A stretch of 32,000 nt of DNA from Longivirga aurantiaca (GCF_042660085.1 NZ_JBHSTI010000002.1:180001-212000); one strand, 5' to 3'; shown: positions 1 to 9,487, numbered from the stretch's first letter. Notes: generated by a model from the letters alone, not told the origin. Made by a program: numbers and translations.

Positions 1-2
1 CT

Positions 3-311
3 GCACCGGCGCTCCAGTCGATGATCTCCTCGATGGCGCACGGCGGGAAGATCGCCCTGCTCGGCCTGCCGTCGACGTCGGTCGAGTTCCAGTGGGACCG
101 CGTCATCCGCTCGATGCTCACGGTGAAGGGGATCTTCGGCCGGGAGATGTTCGAGACCTGGTACGCGATGTCGGTGCTCGTCGGAGCTGGCCTCGACATC
201 TCGCCCGTGATCACACACCGCTTCCCGTACACGGACTTCGACGAGGCGTTCGACACCGCCGCGTCCGGCCACTGCGGGAAGGTCGTCCTCGACTGGGAGG
301 TGGCGTCATGA
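3..311 (+). CDS. tdh: L-threonine 3-dehydrogenase, C-terminal fragment (5' end lies outside the window)
   Basis: The frame is open from the window edge. The translation ...[11 protein letters not shown]...[33 protein letters not shown]...[10 protein letters not shown] matches the remembered C-terminus of zinc-type Tdh. Its stop overlaps the kbl start (ATGA at 308-311). Confidence 0.85.
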   Translation, partial: APALQSMISSMAHGGKIALLGLPSTSVEFQWDRVIRSMLTVKGIFGREMFETWYAMSVLVGAGLDISPVITHRFPYTDFDEAFDTAASGHCGKVVLDWEVAS

Positions 312-1498
312 CGGCGTCGCTCGACGCGCTCCGCGCGGACATCAACGGCCGCCTCGACGAGATGCGCGCCACCGGCGTCTTCAAGCCCGAGCGGGTGATG
401 GCGTCGCCGCAGGGCACGCACGTCGTCGACGGCGAGGGCCGGGACGTGCTCAACCTGTGCGCCAACAACTACCTCGGGCTCGCCGACGACCCACGAGTGG
501 TGGAGGCGGCCGAGAAGGCCGTGCGCCAGTGGGGCTACGGGATGGCGTCGGTGCGCTTCATCTGCGGGACGCAGACGATCCACCGCGACCTCGAGCAGCG
601 CCTCGCGGCGTACCTCGGCACCGAGGACTCGATCCTGTTCGGCTCGTGCTTCGATGCGAACGGCGGTGTGTTCGAGGCCCTGCTCGACGAGCGCGACGCC
701 GTGATCTCGGACGCGCTCAACCACGCGTCGATCATCGACGGCGTGCGCCTCTGCAAGGCGCAGCGGCTGCGCTACGCCAACCGCGACATGGCCGAGCTCG
801 AGGCCAGGCTCGTCGAGTCGGCCGGTGCGCGCTACCGGCTGATCGTCACCGACGGCGTCTTCTCGATGGATGGCTACCTCGCGCCTCTCGACGAGATCGT
901 CGCGCTCGCCGACAAGCACGACGCCCTCGTGATGGTCGACGACTCGCACGCCGTCGGCTTCGTCGGTCCGACGGGTCGAGGCACGCCCGAGCTGTTCGGC
1001 GTGCGCGACCGCGTCGACATCGTGACGGGCACGCTCGGCAAGGCGCTCGGCGGTGCGTCCGGCGGCTACGTCGCCGCGCGGGCCGAGATCGTGGCGCTCC
1101 TCAAGCAGCGCGCGAGGCCGTACCTGTTCTCGAACTCGGTCGCGCCGCCGATCGTGGCGGCGTCGCTCGCCGTGCTCGACCTGCTCGAGGGCGAGAGCGC
1201 GCTCCGCGACCGCGTGCACGCCGCCGCGGCTCGGTTCCGTGCAGGGATGGAGGCCGAGGGCTTCGACCTGCTGCCGGGCTCGCACCCGATCGTGCCGGTG
1301 ATGTTCGGCGACGCGATCGTCGCGGGGCGGATGGCGGAGGAGCTGTTCGCCCGCGGCGTGTACGCCGTCGCGTTCTCGTTCCCGGTGGTGCCGCAGGGCC
1401 AGGCCCGCATCCGCGTGCAGCTATCGGCCGCGCACACGGACGCCGACGTCGACCGCGCCGTCGCCGCCTTCGCGGCCGCCCGCACCGCGGTGTCCTAG
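308..1498 (+). CDS. kbl: 2-amino-3-ketobutyrate CoA ligase (glycine C-acetyltransferase), PLP-dependent
   Basis: The internal ATG at 308 of ORF 92..1498 gives [30 protein letters not shown].... The class-II aminotransferase/KBL motifs [14 protein letters not shown] and [14 protein letters not shown] (PLP lysine) are present. It is translationally coupled to tdh, the classic tdh-kbl pairing. The 72 codons upstream are Arg/Pro-rich and overlap tdh out of frame. Confidence 0.9.
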   Translation: MTASLDALRADINGRLDEMRATGVFKPERVMASPQGTHVVDGEGRDVLNLCANNYLGLADDPRVVEAAEKAVRQWGYGMASVRFICGTQTIHRDLEQRLAAYLGTEDSILFGSCFDANGGVFEALLDERDAVISDALNHASIIDGVRLCKAQRLRYANRDMAELEARLVESAGARYRLIVTDGVFSMDGYLAPLDEIVALADKHDALVMVDDSHAVGFVGPTGRGTPELFGVRDRVDIVTGTLGKALGGASGGYVAARAEIVALLKQRARPYLFSNSVAPPIVAASLAVLDLLEGESALRDRVHAAAARFRAGMEAEGFDLLPGSHPIVPVMFGDAIVAGRMAEELFARGVYAVAFSFPVVPQGQARIRVQLSAAHTDADVDRAVAAFAAARTAVS

Positions 1499-1600
1499 GG
1501 GTACCGGGACCATCGGCCGGGTTCCGCGCCGCCCTCGGGCGGACGCAGCCTTCTCGTGCCGGGAGACGGACAGCCTCCCGGGAACCACGAGGAGGACCAC

Positions 1601-2002
1601 ATGCTCAGCATCCGGAACACTGCCGCACTCGGCGCGGCCGCAGCGTCGCTCGTGCTCGTGGCCGGCGTGGTCGTCACCGCGCCCGCCAGCGCCAAGAGCA
1701 CCGATGTCATCGCGACCGGCTCCTGCACGGGCGGCAGCAACTACAAGCTCAAGGCCAAGCCCGACAACGGCGCGCTCCAGGTGGAGTGGGAGGTCGACCA
1801 GAACCGCAACGGCCAGGTCTGGACCTGGGCGATCACCCATGACGGCGTCACCAAGGCCTCGGGCCGCGCCACCACCCAGGCTCCGAGCGGCTCGTTCTCG
1901 GTGACGCGCCGTGTCGTGAACGCCGCCGGCACTCACACGATCAGCGGCGCCGCGCGCAACGCGGCCACCGGTGAGGTGTGCCGAGGCTCGCTCGTCATCT
2001 GA
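1601..2002 (+). CDS. small secreted protein of unknown function (signal peptide, two Cys)
   Basis: The ATG at 1601 is preceded by GAGGAGGA. The N-terminus MLSIRNTAALGAAAASLVLVAGVVVTAPASA looks like a Sec signal peptide with an ASA cleavage site. The mature part is beta-rich with Cys near each end and GC3-rich codons. Confidence 0.7.
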   Translation: MLSIRNTAALGAAAASLVLVAGVVVTAPASAKSTDVIATGSCTGGSNYKLKAKPDNGALQVEWEVDQNRNGQVWTWAITHDGVTKASGRATTQAPSGSFSVTRRVVNAAGTHTISGAARNAATGEVCRGSLVI

Positions 2003-2071
2003 TCTCCGGCACGGAGCCACCGCGTCGGTCGCGGCCCGGTGGCCGGTTCCTCTCCCACCGGGTCGCACGCT

Positions 2072-2241
2072 GCGGCACCCGCCTCCGCGGAGGTGGGTGC
2101 CGCCGGTGATGCCGGCCCTCCAGACGCCGTCACGCACCCCCGCCATCCCCGTGGAGGCGGTGCGTGACGGCCCCCGGCCCGCCGGGACGATCGCCCGCCC
2201 CACGCACCTCGGCCTCCCCCGACACGAGGTGCGTGGGGCGG
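2072..2241. repeat. cluster of three related GC-rich palindromic hairpins in the 345-nt intergenic gap
   Basis: HP1 (2072-2103): GCGGCACCCGCCTCC/GGAGGTGGGTGCCGC, 15 bp with one G-T pair. HP2 (2127-2170): CCGTCACGCACC/GGTGCGTGACGG, 12 bp. HP3 (2195-2241): CCGCCCCACGCACCTCG/CGAGGTGCGTGGGGCGG, a perfect 17 bp stem with a 13-nt loop. The arms share a GAGG..GTGCGTG core. Confidence 0.6.
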
Positions 2242-2347
2242 ACTTCGTCGTGAGGGGGTGCCCGCCGGCGTCCGTCGTGGGAACCTGGAGCCGCCCGAAG
2301 GCGTCGGACGGTACGAGCCCGAATCTCCGGGACGAGGGAGGCACGAC

Positions 2348-2728
2348 ATGGCGAGCACCCGCAGGAAGGCCGCGTACGCCGCGGCCGCCAGCGCCGCGGC
2401 GACCGACGGACCGGTCGGCTTCGCGCAGCGCGTGGGCTCGATCCCGCGCATGGTCCGCGACGTCATGTCCGGCCGGTTCGACGGCATCGGCCGAGGCCGC
2501 CTGCTCATCATGCTGCTCGCGGCCGTCTACATCGTGTCGCCGATCGACCTGCTGCCCGAGGCCTTCCTGACGCTGCCCGGCATGATCGACGACGCCGGCA
2601 TCGCGGCCTGGCTGATCGCGGCGCTGTTCGGCGCGACCACGGCGTACCGGCACTGGGAGAGCGGCCGAGTCGACTCGCCGACCGTCGACGACCCGCGCGT
2701 GGTCCCGGGCGAGGTACTGCACCCCTAG
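2348..2728 (+). CDS. DUF1232 (YkvA-like) membrane protein
   Basis: The ATG at 2348 follows GGGAGG. The motif LLAAVYIVSPIDLLPEAFLTLPGMIDDAGIAAWLI matches the remembered DUF1232 signature (Y..SP.DL.P...P..G..DD). Confidence 0.75.
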   Translation: MASTRRKAAYAAAASAAATDGPVGFAQRVGSIPRMVRDVMSGRFDGIGRGRLLIMLLAAVYIVSPIDLLPEAFLTLPGMIDDAGIAAWLIAALFGATTAYRHWESGRVDSPTVDDPRVVPGEVLHP

Positions 2729-2767
2729 CCGTCGCACCCGCCGCGCCGCCCGGCCTAGGGTCGGGGC

Positions 2768-5173
2768 GTGGGAACCGACGAGTGGATCGCCACGGCGACC
2801 GTGGCCGAGAAGGCCGAGCTCCTGGCCGGCCGTGACTTCTGGTCGATGCACGGAGTCGCCGCGCTCGGCATCCCTGCCATCGTGCTCACCGACGGCCCGC
2901 ACGGCGTGCGTCTGCAGAGCACCGCGACCGACGAGCTCTCCATCGGCGCCAACCATCCCGCCACCTGCTTCCCCACAGCGGCGACGCTCGCCTCCACCTG
3001 GGACCCGGCCCTGGTCGAGCGCGTCGGCGTCGCCCTCGGCGTGGAGTCGCGCGCCCTCGGCGTGAGCGTGCTGCTCGGCCCCGGCGCCAACATCAAGCGC
3101 ACGCCGCTGTGCGGCCGCAACTTCGAGTACTTCTCCGAGGACCCGCTCGTCTCCTCGAGCATGGCCGCCGCCTGGATCCGCGGCGTGCAGAGCCAGGGCG
3201 TGGGTGCCTCGCTCAAGCACTACGCGGCCAACAACCAGGAGCGGCTCCGCTACAGCGTGGACGCCGTGGTCGACGAGCGGGCGCTGCGCGAGATCTACCT
3301 CGCGAGCTTCGAGGCCGCGGTCCGCGAGGCGCGTCCGTGGACCGTGATGGCGGCGTACAACCGGGTGCTCGGCGAGTACGCCACGCAGCACCCGTGGCTG
3401 CTCACCACGGTGCTGCGCGACGAGTGGGGCTTCGACGGCGTCGTCCTGTCCGACTGGGGTGCGACCGACGACCGTGCCGCCGCGCTGCGCGCCGGCCTCG
3501 ACCTGCAGATGCCCGGCGTCCCGGACGCCGCCAAGCCGGTGGTCGACGCCGTGGCCGCCGGCTCGCTCGACCCCGCGTACGTCGACACCTCGGTGCGGCG
3601 CCTGCTCGACCTCGTCGACCGCACGGAGGCCGCGCGCACGCCGGTGGAGATCGACGTCGAGGCCCACCACGCGCTCGCCGAGGAGGTGGCCGCCGCCGGC
3701 AGCGTGCTGCTCAAGAACGACTTCGGCCTCCTGCCGCTGCGCGACGCCGCGGGGCTGAAGATCGCAGTCCTCGGCGACCTCGCGCGCACTCCGCGGTTCC
3801 AGGGCGCGGGCAGCTCGCTCATCAACGCGCGCAGGGTGGTCGCCGCGCTCGACGCCCTCGAGGAGCGGGTCGGCTCGGTCAGCTACGGGCAGGGCTACGA
3901 GCGGTACGTCGACCGCCCCGACGCCGGACTGCTCGACGAGGCGCGTGTGCTCGCCTCGCAGGCCGATGTCGCGATCGTCTTCGTGGGGCTGCCCGAGGTG
4001 TTCGAGACCGAGGGCGCCGACCGCGAGCACATGCGGATGCCGGCGTCGCACGACGCGCTCGTCGAGACGGTCGCTGCTGTGAACCCGCGCACGGTGGTCG
4101 TCCTCAGCAACGGCTCGCCGGTCGAGATGCCGTGGATCGGCCACGTGCCCGCGGTGCTCGAGGGCTACCTCGGCGGGCAGGAGTCGGGCGGCGCGATCGC
4201 GCGGATGCTCGTCGGCGAGCTCGAGCCCGGTGGTCGCCTCGCCGAGACCTTCCCGCTGCGCTGGAGCGAGCACCCGGTGTCGGCGCTGCCCGACGGCCCG
4301 CGCTTCACCGAGTACCGCGAGAGCGTCTACGTCGGCTACCGCTGGACCGACACCGTCGACGCCGACGTCCTCTTCCCGTTCGGCCACGGGCTGTCGTACA
4401 CGTCGTTCGGGTGGTCCGCTGCCGCGGCCGACCGCACCGCGCTCACCTCGGACGACCCTGCCGTCACGGTCACGCTGACCGTCGCCAACACCGGGGAGCG
4501 GGCCGGGACGGACGTCGTCCAGGTGTACGTGCGCCCGCCGATGTCGGGCACGTTCCGCCCGGCCCACCACCTGGGCGGGTTCACCAAGGTCGCGCTCGCC
4601 GCAGGGGCCTCCGCCGACGTGCAGGTCGTGCTCGACCGGCGCGCATTCGCGCGATGGAGCCCGAGCCGGCACGACTGGGTCGTGGACCCGGGCACCTATG
4701 TGCTCGAGGTGGCGGCGTCCTCCCGCGACGTCCGCGGCACGCTGGAGGTGCAGGTCGCCGGTGACTCCGTGCCCGAGGCGGACGCCGCCGTGGTCTACAC
4801 CGCGCCGCGCGCCGGCCAGGAGCTCGACCGGGCGTCGTTCGAGGCGCTGCTCGGCCGCGCGCTCGAGCCGAACGAGCCGGAGCGCAAGGGCGAGTTCACG
4901 ATGAACACCCCGCTGTCGCAGCTGGGCACGTCGACGGCCGCGGCCCGGCTGCGGGGCCTCATCGCCGACCGGATGGGCGGTGTGATCGGCGAGGACGAGG
5001 TCGCGCGCGTCATGGTGCGGCACACCCTCGAGGACGCATCGCTGCGGATGCTGTCGATGTTCGGCCAGGGCAGGGTGTCGCCCGCTGTGGCCGAGACGGT
5101 GCTCCTGGTCGCGAACGGACGGATGGCCGACGCCGTGCGCGCTCTGCGCGCCCTGAGCACGCCGCAGGCGTGA
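2768..5173 (+). CDS. glycoside hydrolase family 3 beta-glucosidase (no signal peptide, about 800 aa)
   Basis: GTG start at 2768. GH3 hallmarks are present: LTDGPHGVR, KHYAANNQE, and GFDGVVLSDWGA (nucleophile Asp region), followed by the C-terminal sandwich and an FnIII-like region (VQVYVRPP...). Confidence 0.9.
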   Translation: MGTDEWIATATVAEKAELLAGRDFWSMHGVAALGIPAIVLTDGPHGVRLQSTATDELSIGANHPATCFPTAATLASTWDPALVERVGVALGVESRALGVSVLLGPGANIKRTPLCGRNFEYFSEDPLVSSSMAAAWIRGVQSQGVGASLKHYAANNQERLRYSVDAVVDERALREIYLASFEAAVREARPWTVMAAYNRVLGEYATQHPWLLTTVLRDEWGFDGVVLSDWGATDDRAAALRAGLDLQMPGVPDAAKPVVDAVAAGSLDPAYVDTSVRRLLDLVDRTEAARTPVEIDVEAHHALAEEVAAAGSVLLKNDFGLLPLRDAAGLKIAVLGDLARTPRFQGAGSSLINARRVVAALDALEERVGSVSYGQGYERYVDRPDAGLLDEARVLASQADVAIVFVGLPEVFETEGADREHMRMPASHDALVETVAAVNPRTVVVLSNGSPVEMPWIGHVPAVLEGYLGGQESGGAIARMLVGELEPGGRLAETFPLRWSEHPVSALPDGPRFTEYRESVYVGYRWTDTVDADVLFPFGHGLSYTSFGWSAAAADRTALTSDDPAVTVTLTVANTGERAGTDVVQVYVRPPMSGTFRPAHHLGGFTKVALAAGASADVQVVLDRRAFARWSPSRHDWVVDPGTYVLEVAASSRDVRGTLEVQVAGDSVPEADAAVVYTAPRAGQELDRASFEALLGRALEPNEPERKGEFTMNTPLSQLGTSTAAARLRGLIADRMGGVIGEDEVARVMVRHTLEDASLRMLSMFGQGRVSPAVAETVLLVANGRMADAVRALRALSTPQA

Positions 5174-5247
5174 CGGCCCGACCGGATACCGGCCGACCGG
5201 GTGTCGCTCAGCCTGGCCCGACGCGCCTGCTGGTTACGCTGCACGGC

Positions 5248-6216
5248 ATGGTGCGTCGTGGTCGTCTCCTTGCAGCAGCAGCACTCACCTCGGTCGCGCT
5301 CGCGCTCACCGCGATCCCCGGGGCCGCCACCGCCGCGACGCCGAGCCTGGTGATCGCACCGACCTGGACACCGATCCCGACGTACTCGGTCGCCAAGCAC
5401 GACGAGCCGATCACGTACGCCAACGGCTGTCACGCCAAGGGTGTGGTGACCACGCCGATCGTCTGCACCTTCAACCCCGGCGGCGGTCGCACCGTGATGC
5501 TGTTCGGGGACTCGCACGCCAACCACTGGTTCGGCGCCGTCCTCAACGCGGCCAAGGTCGGCAACTGGAAGTTCAAGACGATGACGAAGTCGGGCTGCCC
5601 CGCCGTCACCGTGAGCGTCCGCCGCTACAAGTCGGCGAACTACTACCCCGAGTGCAACTCCTGGCGTGCCGGGACGCTCAGCAACCTGCAGGCCGTCAAG
5701 TACGGGCGCATCGACGTCGTGGTGATGAGCTCGTGGCACTTCCACCAGGTGCTGACCTCGACGTACGGCAGCAACCTCACCGGTGCCACCAAGTACGCGA
5801 CGTGGAAGAAGGGGATGAGCGCCACCCTCACGAAGATGCTGAAGGGCGTCCGGCAGATCGTGATCCTGCGCGACTCGCCGGACCTTCCCGGAGACATGCT
5901 GCAGGCGCAGGCCTGCTACGCGGCGTACGGGCTCGCGGCCGAGACCAGGTGCGGCACGACGCTCGCCAAGGCCACGAGCGCCGGCATCTGGAACGCCGAG
6001 CGCCAGGCCGTGGCGGAGCTCCCGTCGACCCTGCGCGCGCGCGTGAAGACGGTCGACCTCACCACCCCGACCTGCCCCAACTCGTGGTGCGGCCCGATCG
6101 ATGGCCCCTACCTCGCGTTCAAGGACGACAACCACTGGACGCAGACGTGGGTGAAGGCGCGCATGAACAAGCCCGTCTACACCGAGGTCAAGGCCGCGAT
6201 GCTGCGCGCGGGCTGA
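5248..6216 (+). CDS. secreted SGNH-type hydrolase (stand-alone homologue of the C-terminal SGNH domain of OafA-type acyltransferases)
   Basis: The ATG at 5248 gives MVRRGRLLAAAALTSVALALTAIPGAATA, a signal peptide. The MLFGDSHANHW block looks like the GDS(H) catalytic block, and there are several conserved Cys. Confidence 0.7.
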   Translation: MVRRGRLLAAAALTSVALALTAIPGAATAATPSLVIAPTWTPIPTYSVAKHDEPITYANGCHAKGVVTTPIVCTFNPGGGRTVMLFGDSHANHWFGAVLNAAKVGNWKFKTMTKSGCPAVTVSVRRYKSANYYPECNSWRAGTLSNLQAVKYGRIDVVVMSSWHFHQVLTSTYGSNLTGATKYATWKKGMSATLTKMLKGVRQIVILRDSPDLPGDMLQAQACYAAYGLAAETRCGTTLAKATSAGIWNAERQAVAELPSTLRARVKTVDLTTPTCPNSWCGPIDGPYLAFKDDNHWTQTWVKARMNKPVYTEVKAAMLRAG

Positions 6217-6268
6217 CCTCCTCGACCCCCGTTCTGCGTGCAGGACGGAAGAGGACGACAGTGGGGGC

Positions 6269-6808
6269 ATGACCGAAGAGCAGGACTACCAGGTCGTCAT
6301 CCGCTATCCGGGGTTCGAGGTGCGGCGCTACCCCGAGCACGTCGTCGCCGAGATCGAGGTGTCCGGCAGCTTCGAGGCTGCGGGCAACGCGGCGTTCCGG
6401 CCGCTGGCGTCGTACATCGGCGGGGCGAACGAGTCGAAGGCCGGCATCTCGATGACCGCGCCGGTGCTGCAGCGCGCACCCGCCGAGCAGCCCGCGACGG
6501 TGTCCGAGACCGAGGACGGCGCGCATGTGATCGCCTTCGTCCTGCCCTCGACGATCACGGCGACCGGCGCGCCGGTGCCGGCCGACCCGCGGGTCAGCAT
6601 CCGCGTGGTGCCCGAGGAGCTGGCGGCGGTGGCGTCGTACTCCGGCCGCTGGACCGAGCACTCGTACCGCAAGCATGTGGACGAGCTCCTCGCAGCGATG
6701 TCGGCAGTCGGCCTCGAGCCGGGAGGGCCGCCGCGGTTCGCGCGCTTCGACCCGCCGTGGAAGCCCTGGTTCGCCCGCCGCAACGAGGTCGTCATCCCCG
6801 TCGCGTGA
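6269..6808 (+). CDS. SOUL haem-binding-like protein
   Basis: The N-terminus MTEEQDYQVVIRYPGFEVRRYPEHVVAEIEV, then ...FRPLASYIGGANESKAGISMTAPV, resemble the SOUL/HBP family pattern as I recall it. Confidence 0.75.
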   Translation: MTEEQDYQVVIRYPGFEVRRYPEHVVAEIEVSGSFEAAGNAAFRPLASYIGGANESKAGISMTAPVLQRAPAEQPATVSETEDGAHVIAFVLPSTITATGAPVPADPRVSIRVVPEELAAVASYSGRWTEHSYRKHVDELLAAMSAVGLEPGGPPRFARFDPPWKPWFARRNEVVIPVA

Positions 6809-6811
6809 CGG

Positions 6812-7573
6812 TCAGGCGAACCGACGACGGTACGTGAGCATCGCGACGGCGTACGCGACGGCGAGGATGCCGAGGCACCAGGCGAGGGCAATCCAGATGT
6901 CGGAGCTGACGGCGCGCTGGCTGTAGAGGTCGCGGATCGCGTCGACGATGGGCGTCACGGGCTGGTTCTCGGCGAAGGCGCGCACCGGTCCGGGCATCGT
7001 CGCCGTCAGCACGAACGCGGAGCTCACGAACGGCAGGAAGATCAAGGGGTAGGAGAAGGCGCTCGCTCCGTCCACGGTCTTGGCCGACAGCCCCGCGATG
7101 ACGGCGAGCCAGGTGAGGGCGAGCGTGAACAGCGTGAGGATGCCGGCGACCGCGAGCCAGGCTCCGACGCCCGCGCCCGAGCGGAAGCCCATGAGCAGTG
7201 CGGCGACCACGACGACCGCGACCGAGATCAGGCTCGCGACCAGTGAGGTGAGCACGTGCGCCCACAGGATCGACGACCGTGAGATGGGCATCGACTGGAA
7301 GCGCTCGAAGAGCCCGTCCTTGAGATCCATGAACAGGCGGAACGCCGTGTAGGCGATGCTCGAGGCGATCGTGATGAGCAGGATTCCAGGGAGCAGGTAG
7401 TTCACGTACGAGGCCGACCCCGCGCTGATCGCGCCGCCGAACACGTAGACGAACATCAGCAGGAACGCGATCGGCATGACCGTCGTGGTGATGATCGTGT
7501 CGGGGCTGCGGGAGATGTGACGCAACGACCGCCCCGTCAGCAGCGCGGTGTCGCCGAGGAGGCGGCTGCTCAT
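6812..7573 (-). CDS. ABC-2 type transporter permease
   Basis: The ATG at 7573 overlaps the stop of the upstream ATPase (ATGA). The product has six predicted hydrophobic spans and an N-terminus typical of DrrB-like ABC-2 permeases. The upstream 900 nt of track ORF 6812..8479 is out of frame with the ATPase and not coding-like. Confidence 0.85.
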   Translation of the reverse strand: MSSRLLGDTALLTGRSLRHISRSPDTIITTTVMPIAFLLMFVYVFGGAISAGSASYVNYLLPGILLITIASSIAYTAFRLFMDLKDGLFERFQSMPISRSSILWAHVLTSLVASLISVAVVVVAALLMGFRSGAGVGAWLAVAGILTLFTLALTWLAVIAGLSAKTVDGASAFSYPLIFLPFVSSAFVLTATMPGPVRAFAENQPVTPIVDAIRDLYSQRAVSSDIWIALAWCLGILAVAYAVAMLTYRRRFA

Positions 7574-8352
7574 GGCTGCTCCTTGCTGGTGGGGGAGGCT
7601 CCGACGACAGCCAGGAAGACGTCCTCGAGCGTGGGCTGCTTCTCGACGTACTCGACGGTGGTCGGCGGCATCAGCGCCTTGAGCTCCGCGAGCGTCCCGT
7701 CGACGATGATGCGTCCCTCGTGCAGGATCGCGATTCTGTCCGCGAGCTGCTCCGCCTCGTCGAGGTACTGGGTGGTCAGCAGCACCGTGGTGCCGTGCCG
7801 GGCGAGGTCCTTGATGCTGCGCCACACCTCGAGGCGCGACTGCGGGTCGAGGCTGGTCGTGGGCTCGTCCAGGAAGACCACCGGGGGATCCCCGAGCAGG
7901 CTCATCGCGATGTCCAGCCGGCGACGCATCCCGCCCGAGTAGGTCGCCACTCGCCGGTCGGCCGCGTCTGAGAGCTGAAAGCGGTGCAGCAGCGTGTCGG
8001 CGGCGGCACGCGCCTCCGGCACCCTGCGGAGGCGGGCGATGAGGACGAGGTTCTCGCGGCCGGTGAGGATCTCGTCGACGGCGGCGAATTGCCCGGTGAG
8101 GCTGATCGACCCGCGCACCTCGGCGGGGTGGGTGGCGACGTCGAAGCCCGCGACGGTCGCCGATCCTGCGTCGGCTCGGAGCAGGGTCGACAGGATCCTG
8201 ACGACCGTGGTCTTGCCGGCGCCGTTGGATCCGAGCAGGGCGAAGATCGTGCCTGCAGGTACGTCGAAGTCGACGCCCCGGAGGATCGGCAGCTCCCTGA
8301 ACGCTTTCTCGAGGCCCTGAACGCGGAGTGCGGGGGTCGCGGTGGTGGTCAT
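7570..8352 (-). CDS. ABC transporter ATP-binding protein (DrrA-like)
   Basis: Walker A GSNGAGKTT, signature YSGGMRRRL and Walker B VVFLDEPT are all present. It overlaps the neighbouring genes at both ends. Confidence 0.9.
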   Translation of the reverse strand: MTTTATPALRVQGLEKAFRELPILRGVDFDVPAGTIFALLGSNGAGKTTVVRILSTLLRADAGSATVAGFDVATHPAEVRGSISLTGQFAAVDEILTGRENLVLIARLRRVPEARAAADTLLHRFQLSDAADRRVATYSGGMRRRLDIAMSLLGDPPVVFLDEPTTSLDPQSRLEVWRSIKDLARHGTTVLLTTQYLDEAEQLADRIAILHEGRIIVDGTLAELKALMPPTTVEYVEKQPTLEDVFLAVVGASPTSKEQP

Positions 8353-8702
8353 GCGGGTGCCTCCGTCTCGCCGTCCGCCGCCTCGATCGCGCGGCGCAGG
8401 CGGTCCTGCTCACGGACGATCCACTGGCCGGCCGGGTAGTTGCGCACGAAGGCCTCGGCGAACTCGACGGGGTCGTCACCGACGACCTCCCTCACCGGGG
8501 AGCCGTCCGCCGCCGCCTGCTCGAAGAGGTCGGCCAGGTCGTCGAGCATCCTGAGGATGCTCTCGGCGTCGCCGACTCCGCCGAGGTGGTTGATGTAGCG
8601 CTCCATCCCGGCGACCGCCGTGCGGTAGCTCGGCGGCAGCTGCGCGATGCGAGCCTTGTACCGCCGGTACTGCCTCTTCTGCTCGAGCATCTTGAACGCC
8701 AT
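8349..8702 (-). CDS. DUF1048-like small helical protein commonly partnered with PadR regulators
   Basis: The ATG at 8702 gives MAFKMLEQKRQYRRYKARIAQLPPSYR..., a DUF1048-like N-terminus. It sits 2 nt downstream of padR and overlaps the ABC ATPase start. Confidence 0.7.
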   Translation of the reverse strand: MAFKMLEQKRQYRRYKARIAQLPPSYRTAVAGMERYINHLGGVGDAESILRMLDDLADLFEQAAADGSPVREVVGDDPVEFAEAFVRNYPAGQWIVREQDRLRRAIEAADGETEAPA

Positions 8703-8704
8703 GG

Positions 8705-9034
8705 CTACCGTCCTCCTTCGCGGAGCTGCTCCAGCTGTTCTGCGAGGAAGCTCCAGGTCCTCCAGAAGTCGTCGAGGTGCGCCCGGCCGGCCGCGTTGAG
8801 CGTGTAGACCTTGCGCGGGGGGCCCTTCTCGGAGGGCTCCTTGGCCACATCGACCAGGCCCCGCTGCTCGACGCGGATGAGGAGGGCGTAGATGGTCCCC
8901 TCCGCGATCTCGGCGAAGCCCTTGTCGCGCAACCACGCGGTGATCTCGTAGCCGTACGCCGGTCGATCACGGAGCAGCGCGAGGACGATCCCCTCGAGAG
9001 TGCCCTTGAGCATCTCCGTCTCCTGCTTGCCCAT
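8705..9034 (-). CDS. PadR family transcriptional regulator
   Basis: LKGTLEGIVLALLRDRPAYGYEI...EGTIYALLIRVEQRGLV...RKVYTLNAAG is the canonical PadR winged-helix pattern. Confidence 0.85.
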   Translation of the reverse strand: MGKQETEMLKGTLEGIVLALLRDRPAYGYEITAWLRDKGFAEIAEGTIYALLIRVEQRGLVDVAKEPSEKGPPRKVYTLNAAGRAHLDDFWRTWSFLAEQLEQLREGGR

Positions 9035-9052
9035 CCGGCTCGCCGTCCTTGC

Positions 9053-9094
9053 TACTCAGTGATAGTGACTACTGGTACAAAGTAACACTGAGTA
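9053..9094. promoter_or_regulatory. candidate PadR operator / divergent promoter region
   Basis: Perfect 9-bp inverted repeat TACTCAGTG (9053-9061) ... CACTGAGTA (9086-9094). It flanks the most AT-rich stretch of the window, 19 nt upstream of padR and 60 nt upstream of the divergent DksA/TraR gene. Confidence 0.45.
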
Positions 9095-9154
9095 CCGGGA
9101 GGGTCCACCCCGTCGCGTGACCCCGCCCGGCTCGGGGAGGAGCAGACTGGGCGC

Positions 9155-9487
9155 ATGGCCGACCTCGACGCCGTGCGACGGGTGCTGCTCGACAAGCAGC
9201 GCGACCTCGTCGAGCGCGCGGCCGGGCTGACCGCTGCCCCCGACGCCACCGGCAACATCTCGTTCGGCAAGCGCGTCGGCGACGGCACGAGCCTGGCGGT
9301 CGAGCGCCTCACCCAGGTGGCCGCGCACGAGCAGATGCTCGTGCAGTCCGAAGAGGTGCAGCGCGCCCTCGACAAGCTCGACGAGGGCACCTACGGCATC
9401 TGCGACGGGTGCGGGGCGACGATCCCCGAGGGCCGTCTCGAGATCCATCCGTGGGCCGTGCGCTGCGTCGCCTGCGCCGCCGGCTGA
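9155..9487 (+). CDS. DksA/TraR family C4-type zinc-finger protein
   Basis: The C-terminus CDGCGATIPEGRLEIHPWAVRCVAC carries the CxxC-N17-CxxC finger, preceded by a coiled-coil-like region. Confidence 0.8.
   Translation: MADLDAVRRVLLDKQRDLVERAAGLTAAPDATGNISFGKRVGDGTSLAVERLTQVAAHEQMLVQSEEVQRALDKLDEGTYGICDGCGATIPEGRLEIHPWAVRCVACAAG

Noticed and set aside
92-307. N-terminal extensions offered by the ORF track: kbl from 92, the SGNH gene from 5170, the EEP gene from 24204, SulP from 16823, lemA from 26962 and DUF1048 from 8936.
   Set aside because: The extensions are Arg/Pro-rich, overlap neighbouring genes, and precede internal starts that have SD sequences or start-stop coupling and family-typical N-termini.
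1421-5023. A 1200-aa minus-strand ORF, the longest in the track.
   Set aside because: It is antisense to the well-supported GH3, DUF1232 and secreted-protein genes. The translation is Arg/Gly/Ala/Pro/His-rich with no motif. This is a typical shadow ORF in high-GC DNA, where stop codons are rare.
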